A stretch of DNA of 64,000 nucleotides from Squalus acanthias (GCA_030390025.1 CM059432.1:113090001-113154000); one strand, 5' to 3'; shown: positions 1 through 11,604, numbered from the stretch's first letter. Notes: generated by a model from the letters alone, not told the origin. Translations and numbers: made by a program.

Positions 1-662
1 ATTTAAGGAGTGTCTTAAAGGAGGAATGTGAGAAGTCACACAACACCAGGTTATAGTCCAACAGCTTTATTTGAAATCACAAGCTTTCGGAGCGCTGCTC
101 CTTCGTCTGACTTGTGATTTCAAATAAAGCTGTTGGACTATAACCTGGTGTTGTGCGACTTCTCACATTTGTCCACTGCAGTCCAACACTGGCATCTCCA
201 CATTAAAGGAGGAAAGAGAGGTAGCGAGGCGGAGAGGTTTAGGGAGGGAATTCCAGAGCTTAGGGCCTTGGCAGCTGAAGGCACGGCCACCGATGGTGGA
301 GCAATTAAAATCGGGGATGCTCAAGAGGCCAGAATTAGAAGAGCGCAGATATCTCGGGGGTTTGTGGGGCTGGAGGGGGTTACAGAGATAGGGAGGGGCG
401 AGGGGGGGGTTTGTGGGGCTGGAGGGGGTTACAGAGATAGGGAGGGGCGAGGCCCTGGAGGGATTTGAAAACAAGGCTGAAATCGAGGCGCTGCTTAACC
501 GGGAGCCAGTGTAGGTCAGCAAGCACAGGGGTGATGGGTGAACGGGACTTGGTGCGAGTTAGGACACATCCAGCCGTGTTTTGGATGATTTCAAGTTTAC
601 GGAGGGTGGAAGACGGGAGGCCGGCCAGGAGTGCTTTGGAATTGTCAAGTCTAGAGGTGACA
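1..662 (-). mobile_element. L2-clade LINE 3' fragment (interrupted by Penelope insertion 27-202)
   Basis: Minus-strand translation LLSIPDFNCSTIGGRAFSCQGPKLWNSLPKPLRLATSLSSF is typical of an L2 ORF2 C-terminus. A closely similar uninterrupted copy lies at 47465-47995. Internal ~50 bp tandem duplication at ~355-455. Confidence 0.75.
27..202. mobile_element. Penelope-like terminal-repeat hairpin insertion (family 2)
   Basis: Inverted arms ~26-83 and ~110-168. 12-bp TSD TTAAAGGAGGAA at 15-26 and 203-214; the empty site is seen at ~47631. Same sequence family as 9401-9523. Confidence 0.75.
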
Positions 663-665
663 AAG

Positions 666-1584
666 GCTGAAATAGAAAATGCTGGAAATACTCAGCAGGT
701 CAGGCAGCATCTGTAGAGAGAGAAATAGAGTTAACGCTTCCATCACCCCCAACACATGCTCCCACTTCCCACGGCAACTTCCCATGCAAGCGCAGGAGAT
801 GCAACACCTGCCCTTTCACCTCTTCCCTTCCCACCATCCAGGGCCTCAAACATTCCTTCCAGGTGAAACAGCGATTTACTTTTACTTCTTACAATTTAGT
901 ATACTGTATTCGCTGCTCACGATGCGGTCTCCTCTACATTGGGGAGACCAAACACAGATTGGGTGACCGCTTTGCTGAACACTTCCATTCAGTCCGCAAG
1001 CGTGACCCTGAGCTTCCAGTTGATTGCCATTTTAATTTTCCGCCCCACTCCCACTCTGACCTCTCTGACTTCGGCCTCCTACACTGTTCTGATGAAGCTC
1101 AACGGAAGCTCGAGGAACAGCACCTCATCTTTCGATTAAGCACTTTACAGCCTCTGGACTCAACACTGAGTTCAATCATTTCAGATCATATCTACTGCTC
1201 CCAATTTTTCGGACAGCAGGTGCTGATAATGATTGTGCTGTTGCCATTTACACTTCCTCTAGACACATCTTTTGTTCCTTTACTTGTCCCATTACCACCG
1301 CCTTTTGCCTTGCACCATCATCCCTTTTGTCATTTAATCTCTCCTGCCTTCCATCCTATCACAGACCGTCCCTTTTGTTCTTTCCTCCCCTCCCCCCTTT
1401 CCCTGCCTCTGTACTTGCTGGAGACTTGTTACATATCTAACTTTTGCCAATTCTTATGAATGGTCGACAACCTGAAACGTTAACTCTGTTTCTCTCTCCA
1501 CAGATGCTGCCTGACCTGCTGAGTATTTCCAGCATTTTCTGCTTTTATTTCAGATTTCCAGCATCCGCAGTATTTTGCCTTTTG
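666..1584 (+). mobile_element. Penelope-like retroelement 3' part: GIY-YIG endonuclease remnant with inverted partial pLTR
   Basis: ORF 863-1459 begins ...NLVYCIRCSRCGLLYIGETKHRLGDRFAEH (GIY-YIG motif). 666-738 is the reverse complement of ~1476-1555, the usual Penelope inverted 5' arm. Confidence 0.85.
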
Positions 1585-1842
1585 AGAAATAAAGAAACTT
1601 GCAGCTGATTGAAACTTGTATATATTTACATGACTTTTGGGGTATTGATGAGATTTGCCTGTTTTGATGAAACAACCCATATAATTTTCAAAATTTGAAA
1701 TTGTGTGCCTTATGAATGGTGCGAGACACAGGACAGATTGGCTGATTTCCCAAACCACTCCAGTGCTCATTCAACGGATTGGAATATTGACCCTCTTGCA
1801 GTGTTAGCTTTGGGATCCACCCTGTTAGGGTATAGAAACATA

Positions 1843-2735
1843 GGGGTAGAAATTAGGTCGCGCCCCATTTGGGGCGCAAATATCGTCTGGACGCAAATAT
1901 TAGCGCCTGGCGCTAATTATCGGCACTGACTGGAAACTTCACTTTTACCGCCCCGGGAGGTGAGTGGAGCGCTAAAGCAGGCGCTGCACACCTGTCTTAA
2001 GGCGCAAAGGCCAAGGAGTGAGGCGCTAACTCAGAGCGCTGGCGAAGCTCATGTAATGTCAGTCAGCAATGGAACACACGCACAATGGCACGGGCCAGTT
2101 CTTAAAGGGGATGGTTAATCTTGCGTTCCATCCACATCCTGTTCATTGCAGCCTTGAATCTCGGCCTGGAGAGACTTGCACATCAAATGTGCTGGAAAGA
2201 ACAATGGAGAGTACCAGGCAAAGAGCTCAGAGTGCAGCTCCCACAGTCTCTGCTAAATCGATACAAGGAATGGCAAATCAAAATGAACCTGCAAAGTGCT
2301 GCTCAGTACCCAAAACTCCTTCACACAACGTTGAATCTCTCCAGAAGTCTCTCCCTCTCTCTCTCAGAATGCGTAGTTCAAAAATGCCACCAACAATAAA
2401 AGACAGGAAGAGGCCCCCTTTAAATAGCGCCCCCCCCAGCCCCACAGCGATTGATAGCGTTCCAGTCTTCTGGTCGTTGGAAGCGCCAGGCGGTAAGGCA
2501 GGGGGCGCCACTCAATTTCCGTTCCGGGGCGCCACAAGGGCGTTGCACCATGGAATGACGTCACAATCTGCGCGCGCAGGTGGTCGCAGCGGTAAGTTTT
2601 AGCGCCGCCGCACAATCTCAAGTTAAGTTCTCGAGTGGCGCAAACATCGCTGCGCCCAGGCGTTAGCGGCTTTGCGCCCCATTAGCGCCCTCTTAAGGTG
2701 CTAACGGGAGGCGCAACCAACTGAATTTTTACCCC
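1843..2735. mobile_element. GC-rich non-autonomous DNA transposon (Harbinger-like MITE)
   Basis: TIR GGGGTAGAAATT / AATTTTTACCCC. 3-bp TSD ATA at 1840-42 and 2736-38. Inserted in a SINE/CR1 tail. Related inverted copy at 59953-60670. Confidence 0.75.
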
Positions 2736-2738
2736 ATA

Positions 2739-3155
2739 GAATCTAGGAGCAGGAGTAGGCCATTCGGCCCGTCGAGCCTGCTCCACCATTCAATACGATC
2801 ATGGTTGATCATCCAAATCCAGTACCCTGTCCCTGCTTTAATCCCCACAGTACACATATCCCACCCTACCCCCGTAACCACACGTATTTAATTCCCCCTA
2901 ACATATCCCATCCTATCCCCATAACCCCACATATTTAATCCCCCCCTAACACTAAGGGTCAATTTATCATAGCCAAATCAACCTAACCCGCACATTTTTG
3001 GACTGTGGGAGGAAACCGGAGCACCCGGAGGAAACCCACGCAGACACGGGGAGAATGTGCAAACTCCACACAGACAGTCACCCGAGGTCAGATTTGAACC
3101 TGGGTCTCTGGTGCTGTGAGGCACCAGTGCTAACCACTATGCCACCGTGTTGCCC
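2739..3155 (-). mobile_element. tRNA-derived V-SINE (HE1-like) with CR1-type tail
   Basis: V-domain-like GGAGGAAACCGGAGCACCCGGAGGAAACCCACGCAGACACGGGGAGAATGTGCAAACTCCACAC. tRNA head on the minus strand near 3090-3155 and LINE-derived tail near 2740. Confidence 0.8.
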
Positions 3156-3164
3156 ACAGACCCG

Positions 3165-3437
3165 TGTTGTATCACAGACCAACATAATTAAATGCAGAGT
3201 GTGCTGGGAAGCTTGACTTAAAAACTGTTAAAATGCTGAAAAACAAAATAATAACATGTCTAAATGGACACGGCATGTTGATTTTTGTGGCTTTCGAGCA
3301 TAAAAGAAGCTCGCTTCTTGCTGTAAAATTAGAAATCCTCTTGACCCTTGGTGGAACAGAGATTTCTCCCTGTGCACTTGAATAAATCGATCGTTGGACA
3401 GTACCGAAGTCTCCGCTGAGTCCTATTAACCACAGCA
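3165..3437 (+). repeat. 5' LTR (~273 bp)
   Basis: Direct repeat of 11570-11963 (excluding the insertion there). TATA-like CATAAAA at ~3299, AATAAA at 3381-3386, ends in CA. Confidence 0.9.
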
Positions 3438-3441
3438 GTTT

Positions 3442-3459
3442 TGATGTAGTCGACAGGAT
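3442..3459 (+). promoter_or_regulatory. Primer binding site, tRNA-Ser
   Basis: TGATGTAGTCGACAGGAT versus the complement of the vertebrate tRNA-Ser 3' end TGGCGTAGTCGGCAGGAT (15/18, all three differences transitions). Lies 4 nt after the LTR. Confidence 0.75.
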
Positions 3460-3750
3460 ACCCTTATCGGATACACAACACCGGACGGTCGAGTGAGTAT
3501 TATTTTTATGTCTTACTTGATCGGAACGGTGGAATGGATAACGAGCGGGTATCCGTGAATCTGTAAGTTGTGGGGACCGACCAGGTCGGACGGTACAGAG
3601 ACTGAGGCGTCTCATAGAGGTGGTCAGAACCGACCCACGGTGAGAGGCCGAGAGAGCCGAGCCGGGGGAGTTGGTCAGAATCACAAAATAACAAAGCAGG
3701 TCAGAACCAATCCACGGCAACAGGCCGAGAGAGCCGAGCCGGGGGAGTTG

Positions 3751-4113
3751 GTCAGTGTAGAACCAGGCGGGTTGCAGACGCTGGTTAGAGTAGAACCAGG
3801 CGGGTTGCAGACGCTGGTTAGAGTAGAACCAGGCGGGTTGCAGACGCTGGTTAGAGTAGAACCAGGCGGGTTGCAGACGCTGGTTAGAGTAGAACCAGGC
3901 GGGTTGCAGACGCTGGTCAGTGTAGAACCAGGCGGGTTACAGACGCTGGTTAGAGTAGAACCAGGCGGGTTGCAGACGCTGGTTAGTGTAGAACCAGGCG
4001 GGTTGCAGACGCTGGTTAGTGTAGAACCAGGCTGGTTGCAGACGCTGGTTAGAGTAGAACCAGGCTGGTTGCAGACACTGGTTAGAGTTAAACCAGAAGG
4101 GTTGCAGACGCTG
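3751..4113 (+). repeat. 33-bp tandem repeat x11 in ERV leader
   Basis: Unit GTAGAACCAGGCGGGTTGCAGACGCTGGTTAGA, between the PBS and the gag ATG. Confidence 0.95.
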
Positions 4114-4172
4114 CGCGCCAGTTAGACGTCGTGCAGGCCCGGAAATGTAATCGAGAATTTAGAGAAGAAGCC

Positions 4173-4640
4173 ATGTCACAGACAGAAAAGTCAGACCCGG
4201 ACTGGGGCCCTGAGGGCTCTATAACGGGTTATCTGGCGGATAAGAATAAGAAATAAATTGAGAAAATGAGAAAAGATGGCTGGGTACCGGACGAATCCCC
4301 GGAAGCCCAGAAAGCATGGTGGGGAGTACAAAAGAAGGACAAGGAAGGGAAAGCTGTAGTAATACTCACCAATCTGTATTTAGGACTATGTAGACGAGTA
4401 AAAAAATCGGCTCCACAAAACCCAAGAAAGGACAGAAAAGGTAACGGCGTTGTCGCCACCATATGACAGTAGTGACAATGTCGAAGACATTGACTGGAAT
4501 AACTTAGCAGAGGAAAGGAAGGACAGGGACCTTGGCAAAAGGGGCCAAGGGAACTCTGGACCCAACACCGGACTAACTGAACAACCGGCCTGGGAACTGG
4601 TGGTCGAGATGACTCAGAAATAGGTAGCGGCGGCCCCCAT
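4173..4640 (+). pseudogene. gag: ERV gag remnant (mostly deleted)
   Basis: ATG 4173 MSQTEKSDPDWGPEG...*IEKMRKDGWVPDESPEAQKAWW, between leader and protease. Has stops and a large deletion; no capsid motif visible. Confidence 0.5.
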
Positions 4641-4649
4641 TGAAACCAG

Positions 4650-5344
4650 TAAAGAACTAGACCCCCACCCATTTATAGAAGCATATCTGAGGGGCCACCA
4701 GTGTCAGATGTTAATAGATACGGGGACATCGGTCTCAATTACGGATTTAGACCTCCCGACCACCTCACAAACTATTTTGGTGATGGGGTGGGGGGGTAAG
4801 TAACATTAAAGCTCAAGAATACTGAAGGTACTATCCTAGGGATGGACCTATTAAGGGAATTAGGGACCATTATAGACCCAAAAGGGGGGAGGATCATCTT
4901 GCAAACCCCTGAACGTAGAAAGAGAAAGGGAGGCACAGTGACCGCCTTAACGGCCGTTAATGAAAACCCTTGGGAACAGCATGCACCCTGGGGAATCATG
5001 TGTCAACAAGTTAGTGGGGTATGGGCAAAACATAAACAGGACTGTGGGAAAGTGGTAATGGAACCCCTCCACGTCCCTGGACCAGAGCACGCCCCGCGTA
5101 AACAGTACCCTATAAAAAGGGAAGCAGTGGTTAGAATCGTGAAAGAATTAGAAGAACGAGGAGTAGTGAGAAAAACCCAATCCACCACGAATTCACCGGT
5201 GTGGCCGTAGGGAAGCTGGATGGCTCATACCATTTAACGATAGACTATACCGCCTTGATTGAGGTGACACCAAGAGAATACCCCATAGTAGCTAGTCCTG
5301 CCACCATTTTTAACGGATTGTCACCTGAACATTGCATAACCAAG
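4650..5344 (+). pseudogene. pol: ERV protease and RT N-terminus
   Basis: CQMLIDTGTSVS (aspartic protease DTG) at ~4700-4735, ILGMDLL, then KQYPIK..., NSPVWP / DGSYHLTIDY RT motifs. Frameshifted. Confidence 0.85.
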
Positions 5345-5346
5345 TA

Positions 5347-7778
5347 CAGGAAACTCTCGTTTAAACGGCACCTAAATATCCGGAATTCTCTATTAACCGG
5401 CAAAATTCATACTCCGAAAACTCCTCTCAAATAACCGGCAATGTTTCCGAGTCAGAGTCCGAGTCTCCCGCAAACGCCGAGTTAGTCAGTGGGGGTAGTT
5501 CTCCAAAGTGCCACTACTCGGCTTCCTGGCGCTGTCGGAAGTCCGAACACTGCAATAACAGGAGTCTGATTCTCCCGCGCTGCCGGGAGTCTCTTCTGAT
5601 CCGCCATTTTACTGTGTGTCTCCCGCGCTGCTGGTAGTCTCTTCCTAGCCACCATTGTTCTGTGTGTCTCTCCATCTTTATCGGGAATTATCTCCCCCAT
5701 CTTGCATTATGGAATTCACAAAAGTTGGTCCAAGCAAATGGAAGAGAGTGGTCTTAACTTTAAAACAGAAAATCGAGATATGCCAATGACTAGAAAGGGG
5801 AGAGAAGCGTATCAACATTATGAATTAATTCAAAATCGGTTCGTCAACAATCTACGACATCAAATCGCAGAAGGATAAGCTGCTCAAGTTTTATTCAAGC
5901 TCGGAGACATCTAAGAGTGTAGAGAAACAGCGTACACTTCGTAAGCCTAAGCTTGAAGAGCTGGATACTGTGCTTTATGAATGGTTTTCTCTTAAGCGTT
6001 CAGAGGGTGTTCCAATTTCCGGACCCATGCTAATCGAGAAAGCGAAGGATTTCTACGAAAGGATGGAGCTCACTGACAAGTGTGCTTTCTCCGAGGGATG
6101 GCTAATGTGCTGCAAGTTACGGCACGGGATACGACGACTCGATATTTCCGGGGAGAAGAAATCAGCTGATCACGTCGCCGCAGAAGAATACTGCGATTAT
6201 TTCAATCGGATTGTGCAGCAACATGATTTGTCGCCAGCACAGATATATAATGCCGATGAAACTGGCTTGTTTTGGAGGTTTTTGCCAGAATCAACGCTTG
6301 ATGGGGCTAGTGAGGCTAATGCTTCAGGTTACAAGAAAAATAAAGATCGTGTAACCGTGCTAACATGTGCGAACGCTGTTGGATCACACCGGGTTAAACT
6401 TCTTGTTATTGGGAAGTATAAAAATCCCCGTGCATTTAAAAATGTGAGGCACTTACCTGTTGAGTACAAAGCTCAAAAAAATGCTTGGATGGATAAGGAA
6501 ATCTTCTCCGATTGGTTCCATCATATTTTTGTTCCATCTGTGAGGGAACATTTCCGTAAAATAGGGAAACCTGAAGATAGTAAATGCATTTTATTGCTTG
6601 ATAATTGTAGAGCCCATCCGCATGAATCCGAGTTGGTTTTGGGAAATATTTTCACCATTTATTTGCCACCAAATGTAACTTCTCTCATACAACCCATTGA
6701 CCAGGGCGTTATCCAAAATCTGAAGTGTCATTACAAGAAAGACTTCCTACGTAAACTGATAAGCCAAGATGACAATATTCACGCATTTCAGAAGGAATAC
6801 AATATTAAAGATGCCATCTATAATGTTGCATGTTCCTGGAACTTTGTGAAAGGTCACACTCTGAGGCAAGCCTGGCGCAAATTGTGGCCTTCTGTAATGT
6901 TTGCTGAAGGTTCTTCTTCAAAGGAGGAATTTCATGGGTTCAATGTTCGTCCCAAGAAGAGTACAATAATGGAAATGGCTGGCATGGTGAAAAATGTAAG
7001 CCCAGCAAACCCTCTACGTCACCTCAGTGAAAGTGATATCGAGCAGTGGGTTGATGCAGATAGAGAAGTTGGTGTTGTGCATATGCTAAGTGATGATGAA
7101 ATAATTGAGAATGTTTTGAATCCAAAGAAAGAAAAGGAAAGTGAGATGGAAAGTGAAGAGGATGAGATTTCTGAAGAGAACAAGATTTCTTGGGCTAAAG
7201 CTGCAGAAGGATTTTCTTCAATCCTCCAATTTGCTGAAAGGCAGCCTTGCTACTCTGCCCAAGAAGTTATGCAACTCCATATTCTGCATTCCATGTTTCT
7301 ACAGAAAAGGCAAGAGTCCACTAAGCAAACCAACATCCGCAACATGTTTAAGAAAGCTTCCAAAAGAGTCGAAGCAGCGGAAGTGCCTGAAGAATCTGTG
7401 GAATCTGTGGAAATGTATGATCCTGCTAACCCAGCTGGCACGGATATTCCTGATGAACCAGCTGACTTGGAATAAGTGTACAGTCAACTACAGTACTGTA
7501 TACAGTCGTTTATAAGTTTTGTTTTACTGTTAAGTAATTAAAGAGTTATGGATTACCCTCAACTGGCAGTACTGTACTTAATCAAGCATCTTCCACCATC
7601 CATTTAACACAACATTCTATAAGTGAGTACCCAAATACTGTATACTGCACATTTCTTGATTTTTTTATTTTTGTTTGTTAAAAATAGCCTCGGTAGATAT
7701 ACCTCTCCGTTATCCGGAATTTTTATTCAACCGGCACCACCCCGGTCCCGTCGGTGCCGGATACCAAAGAGTTTCCTG
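5347..7778 (+). mobile_element. Tigger/pogo DNA transposon inserted in ERV pol
   Basis: TIRs CAGGAAACTCT...CGGCACC at both ends. TA TSD at 5345-46 and 7779-80. Contains a transposase. Confidence 0.92.
5709..7475 (+). pseudogene. Tigger/jerky-like transposase (HTH-psq, CENP-B HTH, DDE) with two nonsense codons
   Basis: ATG 5709 KRVVLTLKQK... with in-frame stops at 5787 (TGA) and 5826 (TAA). Then an open frame with [22 protein letters not shown]. Confidence 0.9.
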
Positions 7779-7780
7779 TA

Positions 7781-9750
7781 CTAGAAAGAGTCCAGTTGGA
7801 GGACGGGAGTACAGTCATCCAGTATGTGGACGACCTACTCATAGCCTCCAAAACCAAGAATGGTCATGTGCGAGCCGTGCTGGCCATAATGCAAGCCTTA
7901 GACGAGGCAGGACTGAAGGCACGTCCCAAGAAAGCCCAGGTAGGGAAAAGTCAGGTGCAGTATCTGGCGTATAACATCGCACAAGGGCAGCACAGCACGC
8001 CCGAAGACCGTAAAAGGACTATTGAGGGAATGCCAAGACCAATAGATGTTAGGGGGGTAAGGCAGGTTATGGGGTTGTTTAATTATTGCAGGAATTTTGT
8101 GGAAGGATTTGCCGAAAAGACAGAACCTATCCAGAGACTAGTTAAGGGGGGTCATCCACCAGGCGCCCTGGTAGAATGGGGAGAGGAGCAAGATAAGGCT
8201 TATAGTGAGTTAAAACGGGCTTTAGTACAGGCCCCGGCATTAGGACTCCCTTGTATGGGAAAGCCGTTCCATCTGTTTGTACATAATGAGTGTGACTATT
8301 ATAGTGCAGTACTAGCCCAGGAGCATTGGGATAGGATGAGACCTGTAGCACACTTTTCCACCAAAGAATCACCAGTGAACCAATAGTGATGACAGGAGAA
8401 ATTATATTGCACACCAGACACACCATAGTAGAGTTGCTAAACACTGGGAAACTGAGAACGGTCTCAGACAGCAGACGAGCAGCATGGGAAGCCATCCTGT
8501 TACCTAGGGATAAATGGATTTTGACAGTGAAAGACAGTAGGGTTAACCCAGCGGAAGGTATGTTAACAGAAGGAGAGGAGCACAACTGTGTGACAGAATT
8601 AGAAACAGACTTCTACAGTATACTGAAGGAGGAGGAATTAGAGGAGGCAGAAATGATGTTGTTTGTCGATGGATCTAGATGATATGTGGACGGGAGTCCA
8701 CAAACTGGATGGACAGTCGTAAACGGAGAAGGAGAAATAATATTGCAAGGAAAACTGCCAGGGGAAATGTCAGCCCAAGTAGCAGAATTGATAGCGCTCA
8801 CTGAAGCCCTGAAACTGACTGAGGGCAGGACAGCTAATATTTATACGGACAGTAGATATACCTTTGGAGTGGTACATGACTATATGACAGCCTGGAGCAG
8901 GAGAGGACACATCAGCTCAAGTGGAGGAGCGGTACAGCATGAGAAAGTAATAAAGGCGTTAGTGGAAGCTGCAAACCTACCACAACAAGCAGCAGTAATT
9001 AAGGTGAAAGCTCATCAGAAGGGAAGCGATCCCCTACAGATAGGCAACAGAAATGGCGATGAAGCGGCAAGACGAGCGGCGCTAGAGGCGCCCATGTGTC
9101 GGGTGGCAGCAGCCGCCATAGGACCAGACGACGTTAACATAGTAAAATTACACAAATACCCCAGAGGGGGAAGTTAAGGAATGGGAACAAATACAGATCA
9201 GACAGGGGAACACATTTTACAGGGCAAGTTGTAAAGGCAGTGTGCCAACTAATGGGGATAAAACAGAAATTCCACATACCCTACCACCCCTAGAGTTCGG
9301 GGATGGTAGAACGCATGAATCGGACCCTAAAAAGAGCATTAGCCAAGGTCATGACAGAGACAGGTAAAGGATGGGTGGACTTACTGCCAAGTATATTGAT
9401 CATGATGCGGAGATGCCGGTGTTGGACTGGGGTGGACAAAAGTGAGAAGTCGCACAACACCAGGTTATAGTCCAACAGTTTTATTTGAAATCACAAGCTT
9501 TCGGAGCGCTGCTCCTTCGTCGGGTATATTGATGGTGCTGAGGGCCACACCAAATAGGACTGTAGGACTAACACCCTATAAATTGATGACTGGGCGAGCA
9601 ATGAGACTGCCAGGGATGTTGTGGCAGGGAGTGAGGATGTAGGACCAGCCCGAGAATGGGTCAAGAGGTTTGTGAGGGAACTATGTCGGCAGTTGCATGG
9701 TTTACGGTGTGAAGTTGCGGACCAACAGGCGATCTGCAATTTGGAAGGTG
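7781..9750 (+). pseudogene. pol: ERV pol C-terminal part: RT (YVDD), tether, RNase H, integrase
   Basis: QYVDDLLI; ALVQAPALGLP...PFHLFV...RPVAHFS (tether); FVDGS...SAQVAELIAL...NIYTDSRY (RNase H); SDRGTHFTGQ, YHP*SSGMVERMNRTLK, ILMVLRATP (integrase, N-terminal part deleted). Confidence 0.9.
9401..9523 (-). mobile_element. Penelope-like mini-insertion (family 2) in integrase
   Basis: 10-bp TSD GTATATTGAT at 9391-9400 and 9524-9533. Removing the insert restores WVDLLPSILMVLRATP. Confidence 0.85.
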
Positions 9751-9832
9751 CCAGAAGTAGGACAAGTAAATAACTGGGTCCCGGTAACGACCGGATGCTC
9801 GTATGCATTTTTGCTTTCCAGATATCACCAGG

Positions 9833-11318
9833 ATGCGCTGAAGGAGTATGAGTATGACTTATTCTATGAGCGCCATGCATGGCAAATTTGATGTTATAGG
9901 CATCTACGAGGAACTCGCCTTTAATCAAACAGGGACCGGGCAACAAGTAGTATCCGTGGCCGGGAGTAACTTTGTATGTATTGAGTGTCCATTCGGGCAT
10001 GAGCATCCCACAACAGCAGGAGGTGCAGATCTGTGGCGTACATGGCATTGGAACCAGGACAGGAGTGGACATTCTGAATGTGATAATGTGACAATGTGCG
10101 CTCGGCCGGTCAGAGGGATCGGAGAATGGACTTGTGTTAGTAAAGGAAGATAAGATTTTGTATGATAATGTACACGAGTTGGTACCCGTAGTGTTGAACA
10201 TTACAGATGTAGGGTTACCGTCCTGGTGCTCGGGAAAAACCAGAGCGTTATACTCCACCCTGTTGGGCAGGGTAATGAAACAAATGGCACAATTCGATGG
10301 GGGAAGGGCACCAAGTCGGGCAGGCCAAACTACTCCCAATGATCACTAACGAACAGCTTATCAAACTTACAAGGAAAACAGGGCCCAACACAACCGGTTG
10401 CCAACTCAGGGGATTAGTGCGTGTGTATTCTACTAATACTGACTGTATTGTAAAGGAAGGAATGTTATTGGGAATGGCACTTGCTATACCAGTGCTCACT
10501 GACTCAACCCCACCTCGAGAGGTTTATAGAGTAGAGAACATAGGGGTGATCAGGGACGGGTATAGTATTAAACATCACAGCACACTCCCATATGCAGTAA
10601 AGGTGCGAGGAAAGAATTTAGGGACCACACTGGAAGGATGCAGCATCGGTGGCTCCACAATTGTGTGCCCTCACCCGATCCATGAGACAGAGGAGGCAAA
10701 GTGCGGATTTAATACCACAGCCAATTGTACCGTGGAGGCCATGCCAGCCAACATGGAACCAACTCGAGTAGCCTACGTGGGTAAAGGCCAATACTGCGTC
10801 ACCACATCCCAGACGTTTTTCTGGCACGGGTATACCCGATGCCAGCTGGGAAACCAAACCATGTGCTTTAAACCACAGTTGCCATCACGGGTGGGTAGGG
10901 TAGAGCTGGTGGACATACATCAACGAGAAGTAGTTAACCTGGATGCCAAAGAGGACATTCGAGACGAGCTCGAACAGTACATTAACCAGTTCACCTACCC
11001 GATACCCCCACTGCCTGAGCACTTGGATGAAATCAAGGCAGGATTAGATAAGGCCTACAAGACCTATTATACCCTCCGTCAGAAGAGCGAGGATATAAAG
11101 GACCAGGTCGAGGAAATCCAAGTCACAACTTGGTGGGAGGACTTGTGGAACTGGGGCTTAATGTACAAATTCACCCCTGGATCAGAATAGTCTCCCATGT
11201 TTTGGTGGTGATGATATACATGATTTGTCTCACCTGCACGCTCTGGAGGAAGAAGAAGAATAAGGAATTGGCCAAAGCCCTACGGAAGGCTAAAATAGAA
11301 CCATTGCGAAATAAGTGA
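9833..11318 (+). pseudogene. env: ERV env remnant resembling Mononegavirales class I fusion (F) protein
   Basis: Fragments 9848-10153, 10134-10349, 10297-11190 and 11130-11318. Cys-rich ectodomain, N-glycosylation sequons, heptad region HLDEIKAGLDKAY...IKDQVEEI, WWEDLWNW, then TM IRIVSHVLVVMIYMICL and a basic tail. Confidence 0.7.
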
Positions 11319-11557
11319 ACAGATTGGGAACAACCGGTGTGAAGCTACATATGAGTACAGGGAAAAGCTAGGCTTAAGTTGCTATTTGCTGGCATTATAC
11401 CCAGATCTAGCAGAGGCGAGTAGAGCCAATGCAAAGTTGTTAGAGGCTTGGAGTTAGTAGAATCCGAAGCTTATGGAAACCAGAGGATCCCTGGGACACT
11501 CCATAGGCGGAGGAACTATGGGTATGGCTGCCTTGGGCCAGGCGCTGGCATAGGGCC

Positions 11558-11569
11558 AAAAGGGGGGAT
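11558..11569 (+). promoter_or_regulatory. Polypurine tract
   Basis: AAAAGGGGGGAT immediately before the TG of the 3' LTR. Confidence 0.85.
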
Positions 11570-11604
11570 TGTTATGGTATCACAGGCCAACATAATTAAA
11601 CGCA

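Noticed and set aside
3158..3164. Clean ERV target-site duplication
   Set aside because: Flanks GACCCG and CACCCT share only ACCC, so the TSD length cannot be stated.
3172..3720. Antisense ORF repeated at 11608-11964
   Set aside because: The repetition only reflects LTR identity; no recognisable motif.
3751..4113. CRISPR-like 33-bp repeats
   Set aside because: Units are head-to-tail with no unique spacers, there are no cas genes, and the context is eukaryotic.
5970..7475. Domesticated JRK/JRKL/TIGD host gene
   Set aside because: It has intact TIRs and a TA TSD, two stops in the N-terminal HTH, and lies inside an ERV.
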